Under the pieces are notes generated by a model. It saw only the letters and a program-made list of their open reading frames with translations. It did not search any database and had not been told where the DNA came from. 50,166 nucleotides of DNA from a virus. Its lineage: Duplodnaviria; Caudoviricetes. This document shows, one piece after another, positions 35,450 through 44,576 of the stretch. Each line of letters opens with the position of its first letter. The stretch's first letter is position 1. The stretch lies in the IMG/VR virus record IMGVR_UViG_3300024249_000009, positions 1 to 50,166 of that record. One strand, written 5' to 3'. The position numbers were made by a program, and so were the translations under genes.

Positions 35450-35987
35450 GGATTTAAGCGGTCTGCGATTCGGAAGACTCACCGTGCGTTGGCCTTCTGG
35501 ACGGCACGGTGGAAGAACGCGGTGGCTATGTTCCTGTGAATGTGGAAGTATTCGACCATCCATACCCACAGACCATCTTGTTCGTGGAAACACAAAGAGT
35601 TGTGGATGCCTTCAACGAGAAAAGGCGGCACGAACAGGTGCTGCCAAGAAACTTCCAAACCATGGTGCAGGAATGAACGCACTGTACGCGAGATATAGAA
35701 TCGCTGCCACTCAACGTGGCCTTATATTTGGCATTTCCAAGAAAGTCTTTGTTTTCACGATTCTTTTAGATTGTCACTACTGCGGTGCAAAACCACGAAA
35801 ATGTTACGTAAATAAGTCTGTTTTCTGCGTGAGCAACGGAATCGACAGAATGAACAATTCAAAAGGTTACGAGAAATCAAATATCGTGCCCTGTTGTTCG
35901 ACGTGCAATTTCATGAAAGTGAAAATGTCCCACGATGAATTTATCAAGCAATGTCGTGCTGTAGCAAAATTCAGGGAGAAAATCTGA
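35427..35987 (+). CDS. HNH homing endonuclease
   Basis: DLSGLRFGRL...WLCSCECG...KSCGC...CHYCG...NGIDR.NNSKGY...NIVPCC..CN.MK. Confidence 0.9.
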   Translation: MGIKHTFKDLSGLRFGRLTVRWPSGRHGGRTRWLCSCECGSIRPSIPTDHLVRGNTKSCGCLQREKAARTGAAKKLPNHGAGMNALYARYRIAATQRGLIFGISKKVFVFTILLDCHYCGAKPRKCYVNKSVFCVSNGIDRMNNSKGYEKSNIVPCCSTCNFMKVKMSHDEFIKQCRAVAKFREKI

Positions 35988-36310
35988 TGCCGAAATGTAC
36001 GAAGGTCGATTGCAAGAACGATGCTACGAAAGCGCTGAAGTTGGTTTTCCGCAATGTGGCCGACGGTCCGAGCGTCACCGCATATATCGCGCTCATCGTC
36101 TGCGACGAGATCCACATGCCGGAGGAGGAAGTCGTCCAGTTCTATACGGAAAATTTCGAGACACTCTGCCTGTGCATCGAAGAAGTCGGCAAGATCAAGC
36201 CGAACATTGCGCTCACAAGATTTTCGTGGGTGCCGCTCGAGGAAGCGGAAACCAACTGGGCGGAAGCGCTCGATAGAGCGAAGACCGTCAATCTCGTGGA
36301 GGAAAAATGA
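35987..36310 (+). CDS. Hypothetical protein
   Basis: TGATG coupling; MPKCTKVDC. Confidence 0.7.
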   Translation: MPKCTKVDCKNDATKALKLVFRNVADGPSVTAYIALIVCDEIHMPEEEVVQFYTENFETLCLCIEEVGKIKPNIALTRFSWVPLEEAETNWAEALDRAKTVNLVEEK

Positions 36311-37188
36311 TCCCGGTGATCTGGCACCACTCGGATGGTTTCTGGGACTGTGCGTTTCCGAGATACATCCTCGATCACGCCGCGCGCTGCATGCACGTCG
36401 TCGGCCTCGACAAGGTGCCGATGTTTTTTGGGCAAGATACCGCAGTGGTGGTTGTGCCTGGTCGGCACTCGGATCATCTCGATCAGTACGCCAGCCTGCG
36501 CGAGGTCGCAAGCGATTTCAAGAAAGTGATCTACATCATCATCGGCGACGAAGAGGGCGTCTTCCAAGTTCGTGCGCTCCACAATGAGAACGCGAAGATC
36601 TGGTGGTTCATGCCGCCATTCAATCCGAAGCAGGAAGTGGACCGTGTGGCGCCGAACGGCTGGCCGACAAATGCGATCGAGATGATCGGTGAGGCGCGAA
36701 AAGCGAGCCGGGGAATCCGCAGCTTCGACTGGAGCTTCATGGGACAGGTGACGCACCGGAGGCGGGAGGAATGCGTCGCTGCCGCGAAGGATATCCCCCG
36801 GGGGCACCTCCTGTGCACGACTGGCTTCACGAAGGGAGACACGCGAGAAAATTATTACGACGTCATGGTGAGATCCCGCGCGGTCCTTTGTCCTTCGGGG
36901 CCCTGCACGCCGGACTCGTTCCGGCTTGCAGAGGCCCTCGAGGCCGGATGCATGCCGATTGTCGATGACGCGACTCCGAACCCGCTCTATCCTCCGGGCT
37001 ACTGGAAATACGTCTTCGCGAATAAGCCGCTCCCATTTCCACTGGTCACCGATTGGAAAAATCTTCCTTTCATACTTGAGTTCTGCCGGGATAACTGGGA
37101 GCACCGCATCGGTGCATGCCGCCTCTGGTGGAAGAGCCAGAAGGAACGCATGATCGCCGAGATGAAAGAGGATCTCAATGAAGAATAA
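36307..37188 (+). CDS. Exostosin-like (GT47) glycosyltransferase
   Basis: SFMGQ...RR...S..VLCPSG...DSFRLAEALEAGCMPI. Confidence 0.8.
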   Translation: MIPVIWHHSDGFWDCAFPRYILDHAARCMHVVGLDKVPMFFGQDTAVVVVPGRHSDHLDQYASLREVASDFKKVIYIIIGDEEGVFQVRALHNENAKIWWFMPPFNPKQEVDRVAPNGWPTNAIEMIGEARKASRGIRSFDWSFMGQVTHRRREECVAAAKDIPRGHLLCTTGFTKGDTRENYYDVMVRSRAVLCPSGPCTPDSFRLAEALEAGCMPIVDDATPNPLYPPGYWKYVFANKPLPFPLVTDWKNLPFILEFCRDNWEHRIGACRLWWKSQKERMIAEMKEDLNEE

Positions 37189-37936
37189 GATCACCGTTCT
37201 CATTCCGACGTCACCGATCCCGAGTCATCCGTCGACGGCAGTGATCGAAAAAGCGATCTCGTCCGTTCGCCAACATCTGCCCGACGTCAGGATCATGGTT
37301 ATGATCGATGGTCTCCGGGACGAGCAGAAACACTACCAGGCACAATACCTCGAATACATCAAGAACCTTGTCGGGATCTCAATTTTCCACGAAAAGAATA
37401 TTTGCCTGATGCCCTTCATGGAGTTCACGCACCAGGCGGCGATGACGCGCAAGGCGCTGGAGATGGTGACGACACCGCAGATCCTCTTCGTGGAACACGA
37501 CACATTTTTTCTTGACGGTTTGCCGATCGATTTCGAGGGGATCTCGAAAGTGATCGAAGCCGGCCACGCAAACATGATCGGCTTTCACTGTCAGTGGGAA
37601 CCCTGGGTCATCCCGGAGCACGAGCATTTGATGCTCGACAAGGAACGCGTCTATTTTGACGGCGTGCCGATGATCCGCACATGGCAGTGGAGTCAGAGGC
37701 CGCACGTTGCCTCGGCTGACTTCTATCGTCGTATTTTACATTCTTATTTCAGCAAAGACTGTCGTACATTCATCGAAGATCAAATGCACCCAACAGTTCT
37801 CGCCACCCGTGCGGCCGCTGGAGATGATGCATGGAACCAGTGGCGGCTGATGATATATGCTCCAGATGGATCAATTAGAAGAACATGGACCACTGATGGT
37901 CGTGGGAGTGATCAAAAGTTCGATTGTAAGCCATGA
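37178..37936 (+). CDS. GT-A fold glycosyltransferase
   Basis: ITVLIPTSPIPSHP...DG...LFVEHD...QWSQRPH. Confidence 0.75.
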   Translation: MKNKITVLIPTSPIPSHPSTAVIEKAISSVRQHLPDVRIMVMIDGLRDEQKHYQAQYLEYIKNLVGISIFHEKNICLMPFMEFTHQAAMTRKALEMVTTPQILFVEHDTFFLDGLPIDFEGISKVIEAGHANMIGFHCQWEPWVIPEHEHLMLDKERVYFDGVPMIRTWQWSQRPHVASADFYRRILHSYFSKDCRTFIEDQMHPTVLATRAAAGDDAWNQWRLMIYAPDGSIRRTWTTDGRGSDQKFDCKP

Positions 37937-38457
37937 AGACGCTAGATCTGACAAACCAAGAATACGGAAGATTGACTTTCCGTTGGCCAATTGGACGAAG
38001 AGGAGATGACATTATTTGGTTGATTTCCTGTGTGTGCGGAAATCTCCTAACAACTAACGCCGCTCCGATTCGCCGTGGAAATACGAGTAGCTGTGGATGT
38101 TTAAGGAAAGAGATGTTGGTGGCTCGCACGCGAACCCACGGAATGAATGGAACGCTCGAACAGACAATGTGGCTCTCGGCAAAAGTCCGTGCAAAGAAGA
38201 AGCACGTTCCTTTCAACATTGAACTCTCTGACGTCATCATTCCAGCATTTTGTCCATTGCTCGGAATTCCAATTCGAAAGAGCAAAAAATCACTCAGTCC
38301 CAATAGCCCTTCGCTCGACAGAATTATTCCCGCACTAGGTTACGTAAAGGGAAATGTTCGGGTTATAAGCCACAAAGCGAACACTGCAAAAAGTAATTTG
38401 ACCATCGAAGAGATGGAGACTCTACTGACGAACTGGAGGAAGTCATGTCCACAGTGA
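37933..38457 (+). CDS. HNH homing endonuclease
   Basis: YGRLT...SSCGC...CPLLG...SPSLDRI.P..GYVKGNVRVIS..AN..K. Confidence 0.9.
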   Translation: MKTLDLTNQEYGRLTFRWPIGRRGDDIIWLISCVCGNLLTTNAAPIRRGNTSSCGCLRKEMLVARTRTHGMNGTLEQTMWLSAKVRAKKKHVPFNIELSDVIIPAFCPLLGIPIRKSKKSLSPNSPSLDRIIPALGYVKGNVRVISHKANTAKSNLTIEEMETLLTNWRKSCPQ

Positions 38458-39194
38458 GCATCGCTGAAGCAGAATTTGTACCCAGAAAACTCAATGGCGG
38501 TGAGTATACGGTGAAGATGCCGAAATTTCTCGCGGAGCATCCAAGCTGGGACAACTGGGAAAGGGAACGATTCGCCAGTATGAAAGAGAATTTGAAGCAA
38601 GGCGACGTATTGTTCGACGTTGGATCAGAAACTGGATCTATCTCCGCAATTTATGCGAGATTTGTTGGACCGGAAAATATCGTCCTTATGGAATCGAATC
38701 CGGACAACTGGCAGAACATCTACGCGACGTGGCAGGCCGAAGGCCTTGCGGATCCGCTTGCTACGTTCTGCGGCCTTGTCAGCGATCAGACGCAGGTCCC
38801 GAAGACCAACTACGATCCCGCGTACATGGGAGCGTGGCCACTACCAGCGCTAACTGGGAGGGTGTGGACGCCGCGATCCTACCGCTACCTCCACGAGCAC
38901 GCGCACAACACCGCGCAGATCACCCTCGATGATTTCTCTGCAACGAAGAAGATTATTCCGAAGGCGATCACCATCGACGTCGAGGGTGCGGAGTTCGAGG
39001 TGCTGCTCGGTGCCCGGGAGCTACTCAAAAAATCGCGGCCGCTCGTCTGGGTGAGTATCCATCCGGATCTGATGCTCGCGCACTACAAGCACTCGGTGAA
39101 AGAAGTTCTGAGCCTGATGGCGCTGCTAAATTACAGGGATACGTGGCTCGCCAGCGACCACGAGATCCACTATCTCTTCAGGCCGCTGCTATGA
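38445..39194 (+). CDS. FkbM-family methyltransferase
   Basis: LFDVGSETG...ITLDD...ITIDVEGAE.EVL.GA..LL...RP. Confidence 0.85.
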   Translation: MSTVSIAEAEFVPRKLNGGEYTVKMPKFLAEHPSWDNWERERFASMKENLKQGDVLFDVGSETGSISAIYARFVGPENIVLMESNPDNWQNIYATWQAEGLADPLATFCGLVSDQTQVPKTNYDPAYMGAWPLPALTGRVWTPRSYRYLHEHAHNTAQITLDDFSATKKIIPKAITIDVEGAEFEVLLGARELLKKSRPLVWVSIHPDLMLAHYKHSVKEVLSLMALLNYRDTWLASDHEIHYLFRPLL

Positions 39195-39928
39195 ATCTGC
39201 ACGACGACATCACGGTGGTGATCCCCACCAGCCCCATTCCCAGTTGCCCGACAACCACGCTGATCGAGCAGACGATCAACAGTATTCGCGTCCATCTTCC
39301 CGACGTCGACATCCTCATCCAGGCGGATGGAGTTCGTCCGGAGCAGGAAAAATTCCGCGAGCCCTACAGGCTCTATATCGAAAGACTCGAGAACATCTGC
39401 TCCGATCCGGACAATAACATCACGATGATCGAGTTTGAGGAGTTCCATCATCAGGCGGCGATGATGAAGCGGAGCATCGGAGAAATCGGAACTCCGTTTC
39501 TCTTCTACGTCGAGCACGATCTTCCACTACTTCCGGATCCGATAGACTTCGTCGGAATGGTCCGGTTGCTTCGCTCCGGCGCCCTCAACCAGATCCGTCT
39601 GCACTACTGGTCGCAGATCCTCGACGATCATAAATACTTAATGCTCGACGAGAAGCCGCTGTTGATGGACGGCGTTCCGATTGTCCGTACTGTGCAGTGG
39701 TCACAGCATCCCCACGTCGCGCGTGTAGACTTCTACCAGCGGCTGATGGACGCGTTCTCTCCGAACTGCCGGACAATGATAGAAACTAAAGTGTACGGGC
39801 TGGTGCAGTCGGCGCGCTGGGACGATTACCGTTGCGGGATCTATGCCCCGGAGCCGAATCTCCGCAGGATCTACCACACGCATGGAAGGGAGGAAGAGCC
39901 TAAATGGGAAGAGAACTTTACATTCTGA
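39191..39928 (+). CDS. GT-A fold glycosyltransferase, paralogue of 37178-37936
   Basis: ITVVIPTSPIPSCP...YVEHD...QWSQHPH. Confidence 0.75.
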   Translation: MNLHDDITVVIPTSPIPSCPTTTLIEQTINSIRVHLPDVDILIQADGVRPEQEKFREPYRLYIERLENICSDPDNNITMIEFEEFHHQAAMMKRSIGEIGTPFLFYVEHDLPLLPDPIDFVGMVRLLRSGALNQIRLHYWSQILDDHKYLMLDEKPLLMDGVPIVRTVQWSQHPHVARVDFYQRLMDAFSPNCRTMIETKVYGLVQSARWDDYRCGIYAPEPNLRRIYHTHGREEEPKWEENFTF

Positions 39929-40260
39929 GATCCACGAAAGGTCAATTCCTTCCCGGATCTCAAATCAGATTAATTCACGGCGGGGACCGAAGAGGGAAAA
40001 GAACTTCGACCTATGTTAGTTGGGTCGAAATGAAAAAGCGTTGTCTCAATCCGAATTGCGTCCAGTACAAGTATTACGGCGGCCGTGGAATTAAGATTTG
40101 CGCGAGGTGGCTGAAGTCTTTCAAAAACTTTCTCGCCGACATGGGTCATCGACCAGTAGGAAAAACCTTGGACCGTATAAAGACGAATGGACATTACAGG
40201 CCCTCAAACTGCCGTTGGGCCACGCACACGCAACAGGTGCGAGGTAGGAGAAAGCGGTAG
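39904..40260 (+). CDS. HNH homing endonuclease
   Basis: YGGRGIKICARW..SF.NFLADMG.RP.GKTLDRI..NGHY.PSNCRWAT; start uncertain. Confidence 0.9.
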   Translation: MGRELYILRSTKGQFLPGSQIRLIHGGDRRGKRTSTYVSWVEMKKRCLNPNCVQYKYYGGRGIKICARWLKSFKNFLADMGHRPVGKTLDRIKTNGHYRPSNCRWATHTQQVRGRRKR

Positions 40261-41010
40261 ATGCTCACCCCGATACAGTTCGCCGACATGCAGGAAGTCT
40301 GGATGCAGGTCATGGTCAAGCATCCTGAATTCACTCAAGCGCACGATCCTTCCGGGAACTACCACTCGGTGCGGGAAATCGTTCTCGGCGGATCGACGGG
40401 CTGGGCCGGAGTCCACCGGAGATTCACGCCGGCGCCCGGGATGCGCGTGATGGATGTCGGTGCGAATGCCGGGATCTGGTCGGCCTTCTGTGCAGTGAAA
40501 GGCGCGTACGTCGTGGCCTACGAACCTTTCGCAGCTCCGTACCTGCTCCTGACGATGATGATCGAGAAGACGAAACTCGAGAAGCGGATCACCGCGCTCA
40601 ATGCCGCTGTGTGGCACAAGGATGGCTGGCTCCCTTATATCGGTAACATCACTTCGCTCGATGGCGCCTGCACCGTTTTCAACGGAGGACTCGAGACGGC
40701 CGGAGTTCCGTGGACGCGGTCAGACATCGTCAACGCAAAAAAAGTTGCGTGCGTCAGCTTCGATGAAGCCATCGGGTCTTTTGAGTGGGACTGTGTGAAG
40801 ATGGACGTCGAAGGAGCGGAAGCCGAGATCATCGCATACTCAAAACCTGAGACACTGAACAGAATCAGGTTCATGTACATCGAGTTCCATCCATGGATAC
40901 CGCAAGATCTCTACGATTCGATGATCAGAAAACTTCAGGATTTCTTCACCTTCGAGGGTCTCTACGTCAACGATCAAGGCCGCTGGGAGGCGGCTTACCT
41001 CACCCGATAA
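40261..41010 (+). CDS. FkbM-family methyltransferase
   Basis: VMDVGANAG...VAYEP...VKMDVEGAE...IEFH. Confidence 0.9.
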   Translation: MLTPIQFADMQEVWMQVMVKHPEFTQAHDPSGNYHSVREIVLGGSTGWAGVHRRFTPAPGMRVMDVGANAGIWSAFCAVKGAYVVAYEPFAAPYLLLTMMIEKTKLEKRITALNAAVWHKDGWLPYIGNITSLDGACTVFNGGLETAGVPWTRSDIVNAKKVACVSFDEAIGSFEWDCVKMDVEGAEAEIIAYSKPETLNRIRFMYIEFHPWIPQDLYDSMIRKLQDFFTFEGLYVNDQGRWEAAYLTR

Positions 41011-41011
41011 C

Positions 41012-41716
41012 ATGGCACCGAAATCAATTAACCGCGAAAAAGTGGAAGTGACATCTGGCGGAAAACGCGCCTCTCTGTTTACGAGAGAACCCGTCGATTT
41101 GGACATCATTGCGGAAATTTGGAAGCGCAACGTATACAAAGCGTTCCCAGAGAATGGGATGCGCGTCATGGACGTCGGTGCCCATAAAGGATTTTTCTCC
41201 ATTCTTTGTGCTCTTCACGGAGCAATCGTAACTTCTTTCGAGCCTCATCCGTCGACATTCTTGGAACTCACTGCGAACATCAAGCTTAACTCAATGGATT
41301 CACAGGTTTTTCCAAACAAATTAGCAATCTGGTCGGAGAACACGATTCTTCGCCTTCATCAGAATCCGGGAAATCCCGGCGGCAGTAATGTGCATCGGGA
41401 TCGCTGTGAGTGCGTTGGTGCTTGCAAGGACCTTCCCGTTGTGGAAATCCCCTCAGTCAGTTTCACTTCTGCTTTAGGAGAGAACGAGTGGGATATTGTA
41501 AAATTGGACTGCGAAGGAGCCGAGTACGATTTCCTCTGCAAGACTCCCGACGATTCCTTATCCCTGATCCGCTACCTAACGATGGAAGTTCACGACTGGT
41601 CCGGTGTGGAAGTCTACCGCCGGATGGTCAGGAAACTTTCACGCATTTTCCACATTAAGGGCGAAGGGAAGAACGGGAAATTGTTCTACTATCTCCACGC
41701 CACAAGGAGAACATGA
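41012..41716 (+). CDS. FkbM-family methyltransferase
   Basis: VMDVGAHKG...SFEP...VKLDCEGAEY...MEVH. Confidence 0.9.
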   Translation: MAPKSINREKVEVTSGGKRASLFTREPVDLDIIAEIWKRNVYKAFPENGMRVMDVGAHKGFFSILCALHGAIVTSFEPHPSTFLELTANIKLNSMDSQVFPNKLAIWSENTILRLHQNPGNPGGSNVHRDRCECVGACKDLPVVEIPSVSFTSALGENEWDIVKLDCEGAEYDFLCKTPDDSLSLIRYLTMEVHDWSGVEVYRRMVRKLSRIFHIKGEGKNGKLFYYLHATRRT

Positions 41717-42198
41717 TCATGCAACCATTCGTAAGTTACGCCACAAATACGGGACAAACCACGCATCTTGCATCTGGAAACGACATTGCAGTTTACCCCT
41801 TCACTGTGCCATTCAAGATGGATGTGCGAGCACTCTGCGCGTTCATCGGAGTTGGTGACGGATCTAACAATTCCGACATCGGCATCTACGATGTGAACGG
41901 AACATTGCTCGGCCACATCGGTGCTCAAAAGATTGGAACGGCAGCCGCTCAAAGTTTTGGAATTTTGGATGGACCGATTATTCTCGAACCAGGAACTTAC
42001 CTGTTTGCATTCACCAGCGAGGACGTTACTTTGGCGTGGGCCGTTGGAAGCCCTGCTTATCCCATCAGCCTTTATTCCACCAACTCCGTGTCAAGCGGTG
42101 GAGAACTGCCAGCGTCAATTGATGTGCTGTCCGAAATTGGGGAGGACATCACTGCCGCTCCACATCAGGGTTATCCGCCAGTGATGATTCTGCGTTAA
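41713..42198 (+). CDS. Beta-sandwich protein, possibly a virion appendage domain
   Basis: YPFTVP...DIGIYD..GTLL..G...LEPGTY.FA. Confidence 0.6.
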   Translation: MIMQPFVSYATNTGQTTHLASGNDIAVYPFTVPFKMDVRALCAFIGVGDGSNNSDIGIYDVNGTLLGHIGAQKIGTAAAQSFGILDGPIILEPGTYLFAFTSEDVTLAWAVGSPAYPISLYSTNSVSSGGELPASIDVLSEIGEDITAAPHQGYPPVMILR

Positions 42199-42206
42199 AC
42201 AATCAA

Positions 42207-42236
42207 GGGGCGTTCTTCGGAACGCCCCACTTTCTT
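42207..42236 (+). terminator. Intrinsic terminator with UUCG loop
   Basis: GGGGCGTTC-TTCG-GAACGCCCC followed by ACTTTCTT. Confidence 0.7.
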
Positions 42237-42241
42237 CAAGA

Positions 42242-42841
42242 ATGGATACGATGGCACCGAAATCACACTGGGAAATAGATCCTTGGGACGACAAAGAAAT
42301 TTGGAAGCGTGTGATCGCACACGAAGAATACGATCCTCTGGAAGCGCGCGACCAAGCGCGATTAATCTTCGGTCTCGATACCGGAGCTCGCTGCCTTGAA
42401 ATCGGCGCCGGAGTTGGCAGACTGCTAAAAGAAGGCGGCCATGGATTCTTTCAATGCGTGGGAGTGGACTCCTCGATTTCTCTCGTGGCCAGATCGACAC
42501 GCTTTCTGATGTTTGAACCGATGTGCCGCGTGATCCTTACCGACGGTGTGCACCTTCCGTTCCCAGATGGGCATTTCGATTTCGTGTACTCGTTCACCTG
42601 TTTCCAACACATGGAGTCACTCGAGACGATCCGCAAGAATCTTTGCGAGGCTGTGCGAGTGTTACGGCCGACACGGAAATTCAAGATGCAGACCGTCTGC
42701 GGCGTCCGGGCGTCCGGGCGCTATGACGGATATGTTTTTGAATCCACCTACGAACTGACTGCCGAACTTTTTAAAGCTGGATTCAGCGAAGTGAATGTCG
42801 TTCAACAGGGCGACTGGTTGTGGGCCACAGGAGTAAGGTGA
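42242..42841 (+). CDS. Class I SAM methyltransferase (Methyltransf_11-like)
   Basis: LEIGAGVGR...GVD.S...LPFPDGHFDFVYS...FQH...RVLRP. Confidence 0.9.
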   Translation: MDTMAPKSHWEIDPWDDKEIWKRVIAHEEYDPLEARDQARLIFGLDTGARCLEIGAGVGRLLKEGGHGFFQCVGVDSSISLVARSTRFLMFEPMCRVILTDGVHLPFPDGHFDFVYSFTCFQHMESLETIRKNLCEAVRVLRPTRKFKMQTVCGVRASGRYDGYVFESTYELTAELFKAGFSEVNVVQQGDWLWATGVR

Positions 42842-43827
42842 TGATTATTGAAGCCGTGGTTGTGACGACGTACAGAAGGCCTGAGCTGCTCTACTGCTGC
42901 CTGAAGCGAATCCGAGAAATCGATCCATGGATCCCGATCTACGTCTTCCCGGACAGAGCGAGCGTCAACGACAAGGAACTTGCTCCGGTGATCGAGGCGT
43001 TCCAGAAAAACGTGCAGTGGAACCTCGTGCCGGATCACGACTACCATGGGAATTCGTATAATACGATGGAGGCCTTCCGGCTCGTCTACAACAATGACCA
43101 CGGGATCGTTTATTACGTGGAAGACGACGTGATGGTGCACAAGGATTTCTTTTCGTGGCACCGGGAGCAACACGAGTTCTGGCCGAGGATCTTCGGAACG
43201 ATGGCGTGGGTCTTTAACCGTCACGCGCCGATTGTCGATGACGTTCTCTTCCAGCCTTGGTACTACGCCATCGGGAGCTGCTTCAAGAGAGACAAACTGA
43301 AACTGATCGTCGAACATGCCACGCCCCGGTATTACGAAGATATGGCTGGCTACGTCGGAAAGCACTTTGGCGACACGCCTCTCAACAAGAGGCCGTTCGG
43401 AATCGAGCATTTCGAGCAAGACGGCCTGATCCAGAGGGTTCTCGACAGGGACAAGACGCAGACGATTTCACCGGGGATCACGAAGTGCAGCCACGTCGGC
43501 ATGTACGGCTACAATCGCGGCTGGAACACGGGGATCGATCTTTTCTCCGGGCTCGATCGCTTTGAGGATCGCGTGGCACGTCTCGAGGCATTCATTGCGG
43601 ATCCCTATGAGCGCGCCGAGATGTTCGGCAGGGAAATCGTGGAGCGCGAGATCGGGCACGAGCTCCCGAAACGCGAGCTCCGCTATAAAGTGAAGCATCC
43701 GTTCGGATGGGAGAGCGAATATATTTCCGAACGTGTCCTTACTCCGAAAGCGTTGCCGACACGCGTCAACTCCGTGCGCGTTACGGAAGAAACGATCTTT
43801 GAGCTCATAGGAAACGTGGTACAGTAG
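42841..43827 (+). CDS. GT-A fold glycosyltransferase
   Basis: VVVTTYRRPELL..CL...YYVEDDV.V..DFF...HVGMYG. Confidence 0.75.
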   Translation: MIIEAVVVTTYRRPELLYCCLKRIREIDPWIPIYVFPDRASVNDKELAPVIEAFQKNVQWNLVPDHDYHGNSYNTMEAFRLVYNNDHGIVYYVEDDVMVHKDFFSWHREQHEFWPRIFGTMAWVFNRHAPIVDDVLFQPWYYAIGSCFKRDKLKLIVEHATPRYYEDMAGYVGKHFGDTPLNKRPFGIEHFEQDGLIQRVLDRDKTQTISPGITKCSHVGMYGYNRGWNTGIDLFSGLDRFEDRVARLEAFIADPYERAEMFGREIVEREIGHELPKRELRYKVKHPFGWESEYISERVLTPKALPTRVNSVRVTEETIFELIGNVVQ

Positions 43828-43848
43828 CAATCGATTCATCTGCCAGAA

Positions 43849-43887
43849 ATCGGGCTGGCCTCTAAACTGCTTTGGAGGCATCCCGAT
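43849..43887 (+). promoter_or_regulatory. Hairpin occluding the SD and start of gene 43886
   Basis: GCCTCTAAA-CTGC-TTTGGAGGC plus outer ATCGGG/CCCGAT. Confidence 0.55.
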
Positions 43888-44563
43888 GACCGCTTACGAC
43901 AACACACCACAATCAGTAGTCGAAATGCTGATCCCGGGCAGGCCTTCCTATGCTTACGGATCGAAAGCCCCCGGGCCGACCTGCCGGATGATCATCGATC
44001 ACGACTCAGTGACCACGAACGTCGTGACGCTAACTGTCACCATCACTGATGGAAATATTCCTCTCGTCGGCGACCTGATCTACGTCTACGCCACATCGAA
44101 CAGCGCCGGAGCGTTGAACCAGACGACAGGAATTGCGATCTCTGCCGTCAACATCACCGCCACAACTGGCAAAGGCACCATTCAATATCCGAAGACTGTC
44201 GGCAACCAGGGCAACACCGTCGATACCGGATATGCACTTTCGACGCCGCAGGAAACTGCAGAGGCTCTGACCACCAACAAGAGCCGAGCGTTTGCGATTC
44301 AGAACACTCTCGGGCGCGGTTACGGAGTGAGCTGGGCTTTCACATATCCATCGGCGCCGGCATCCGGATCCATCCAGCTGGAGGGCGCGATAAACGACGT
44401 CGATAGCGAGTACACAATCATCGGAGCCGCGAACACAACGGTGTCCGGTTATAACGAGGTTTTTGCCACCGTTCCGGAGCTCGTCAACTTCGTGCGCCTG
44501 CACGTCACCGCCGCGAGTGGTGGAACGAACCCGACAGTTATCGGGAAGATCCTACAAGCCTAA
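43886..44563 (+). CDS. Virion structural protein (beta-rich)
   Basis: GGAGG RBS; T/G/A/N-rich; IQLEGA...NFVRL. Confidence 0.65.
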   Translation: MTAYDNTPQSVVEMLIPGRPSYAYGSKAPGPTCRMIIDHDSVTTNVVTLTVTITDGNIPLVGDLIYVYATSNSAGALNQTTGIAISAVNITATTGKGTIQYPKTVGNQGNTVDTGYALSTPQETAEALTTNKSRAFAIQNTLGRGYGVSWAFTYPSAPASGSIQLEGAINDVDSEYTIIGAANTTVSGYNEVFATVPELVNFVRLHVTAASGGTNPTVIGKILQA

Positions 44564-44576
44564 GAGGCGCTAAAGT

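Noticed and set aside
37178-39928. Similar gene pair as a DGR template/variable repeat
   Set aside because: Diverged full-length paralogues; no adenine-specific differences apparent and no reverse transcriptase in the window
4744-40260. Possibility that the HNH genes lie in group I introns or inteins
   Set aside because: Flanking genes are complete ORFs abutting the nucleases, leaving no room for intron cores; no intein motifs in TerL or portal (6109-6573 is kept open as a finding)
40258-40263. In-frame TAG-ATG junction (also TAA-ATG at 27507-27512) and ATG GAG TAG at 11486 suggesting stop recoding
   Set aside because: Long genes are intact under the standard code and TAG ends several normal genes; no suppressor tRNA seen
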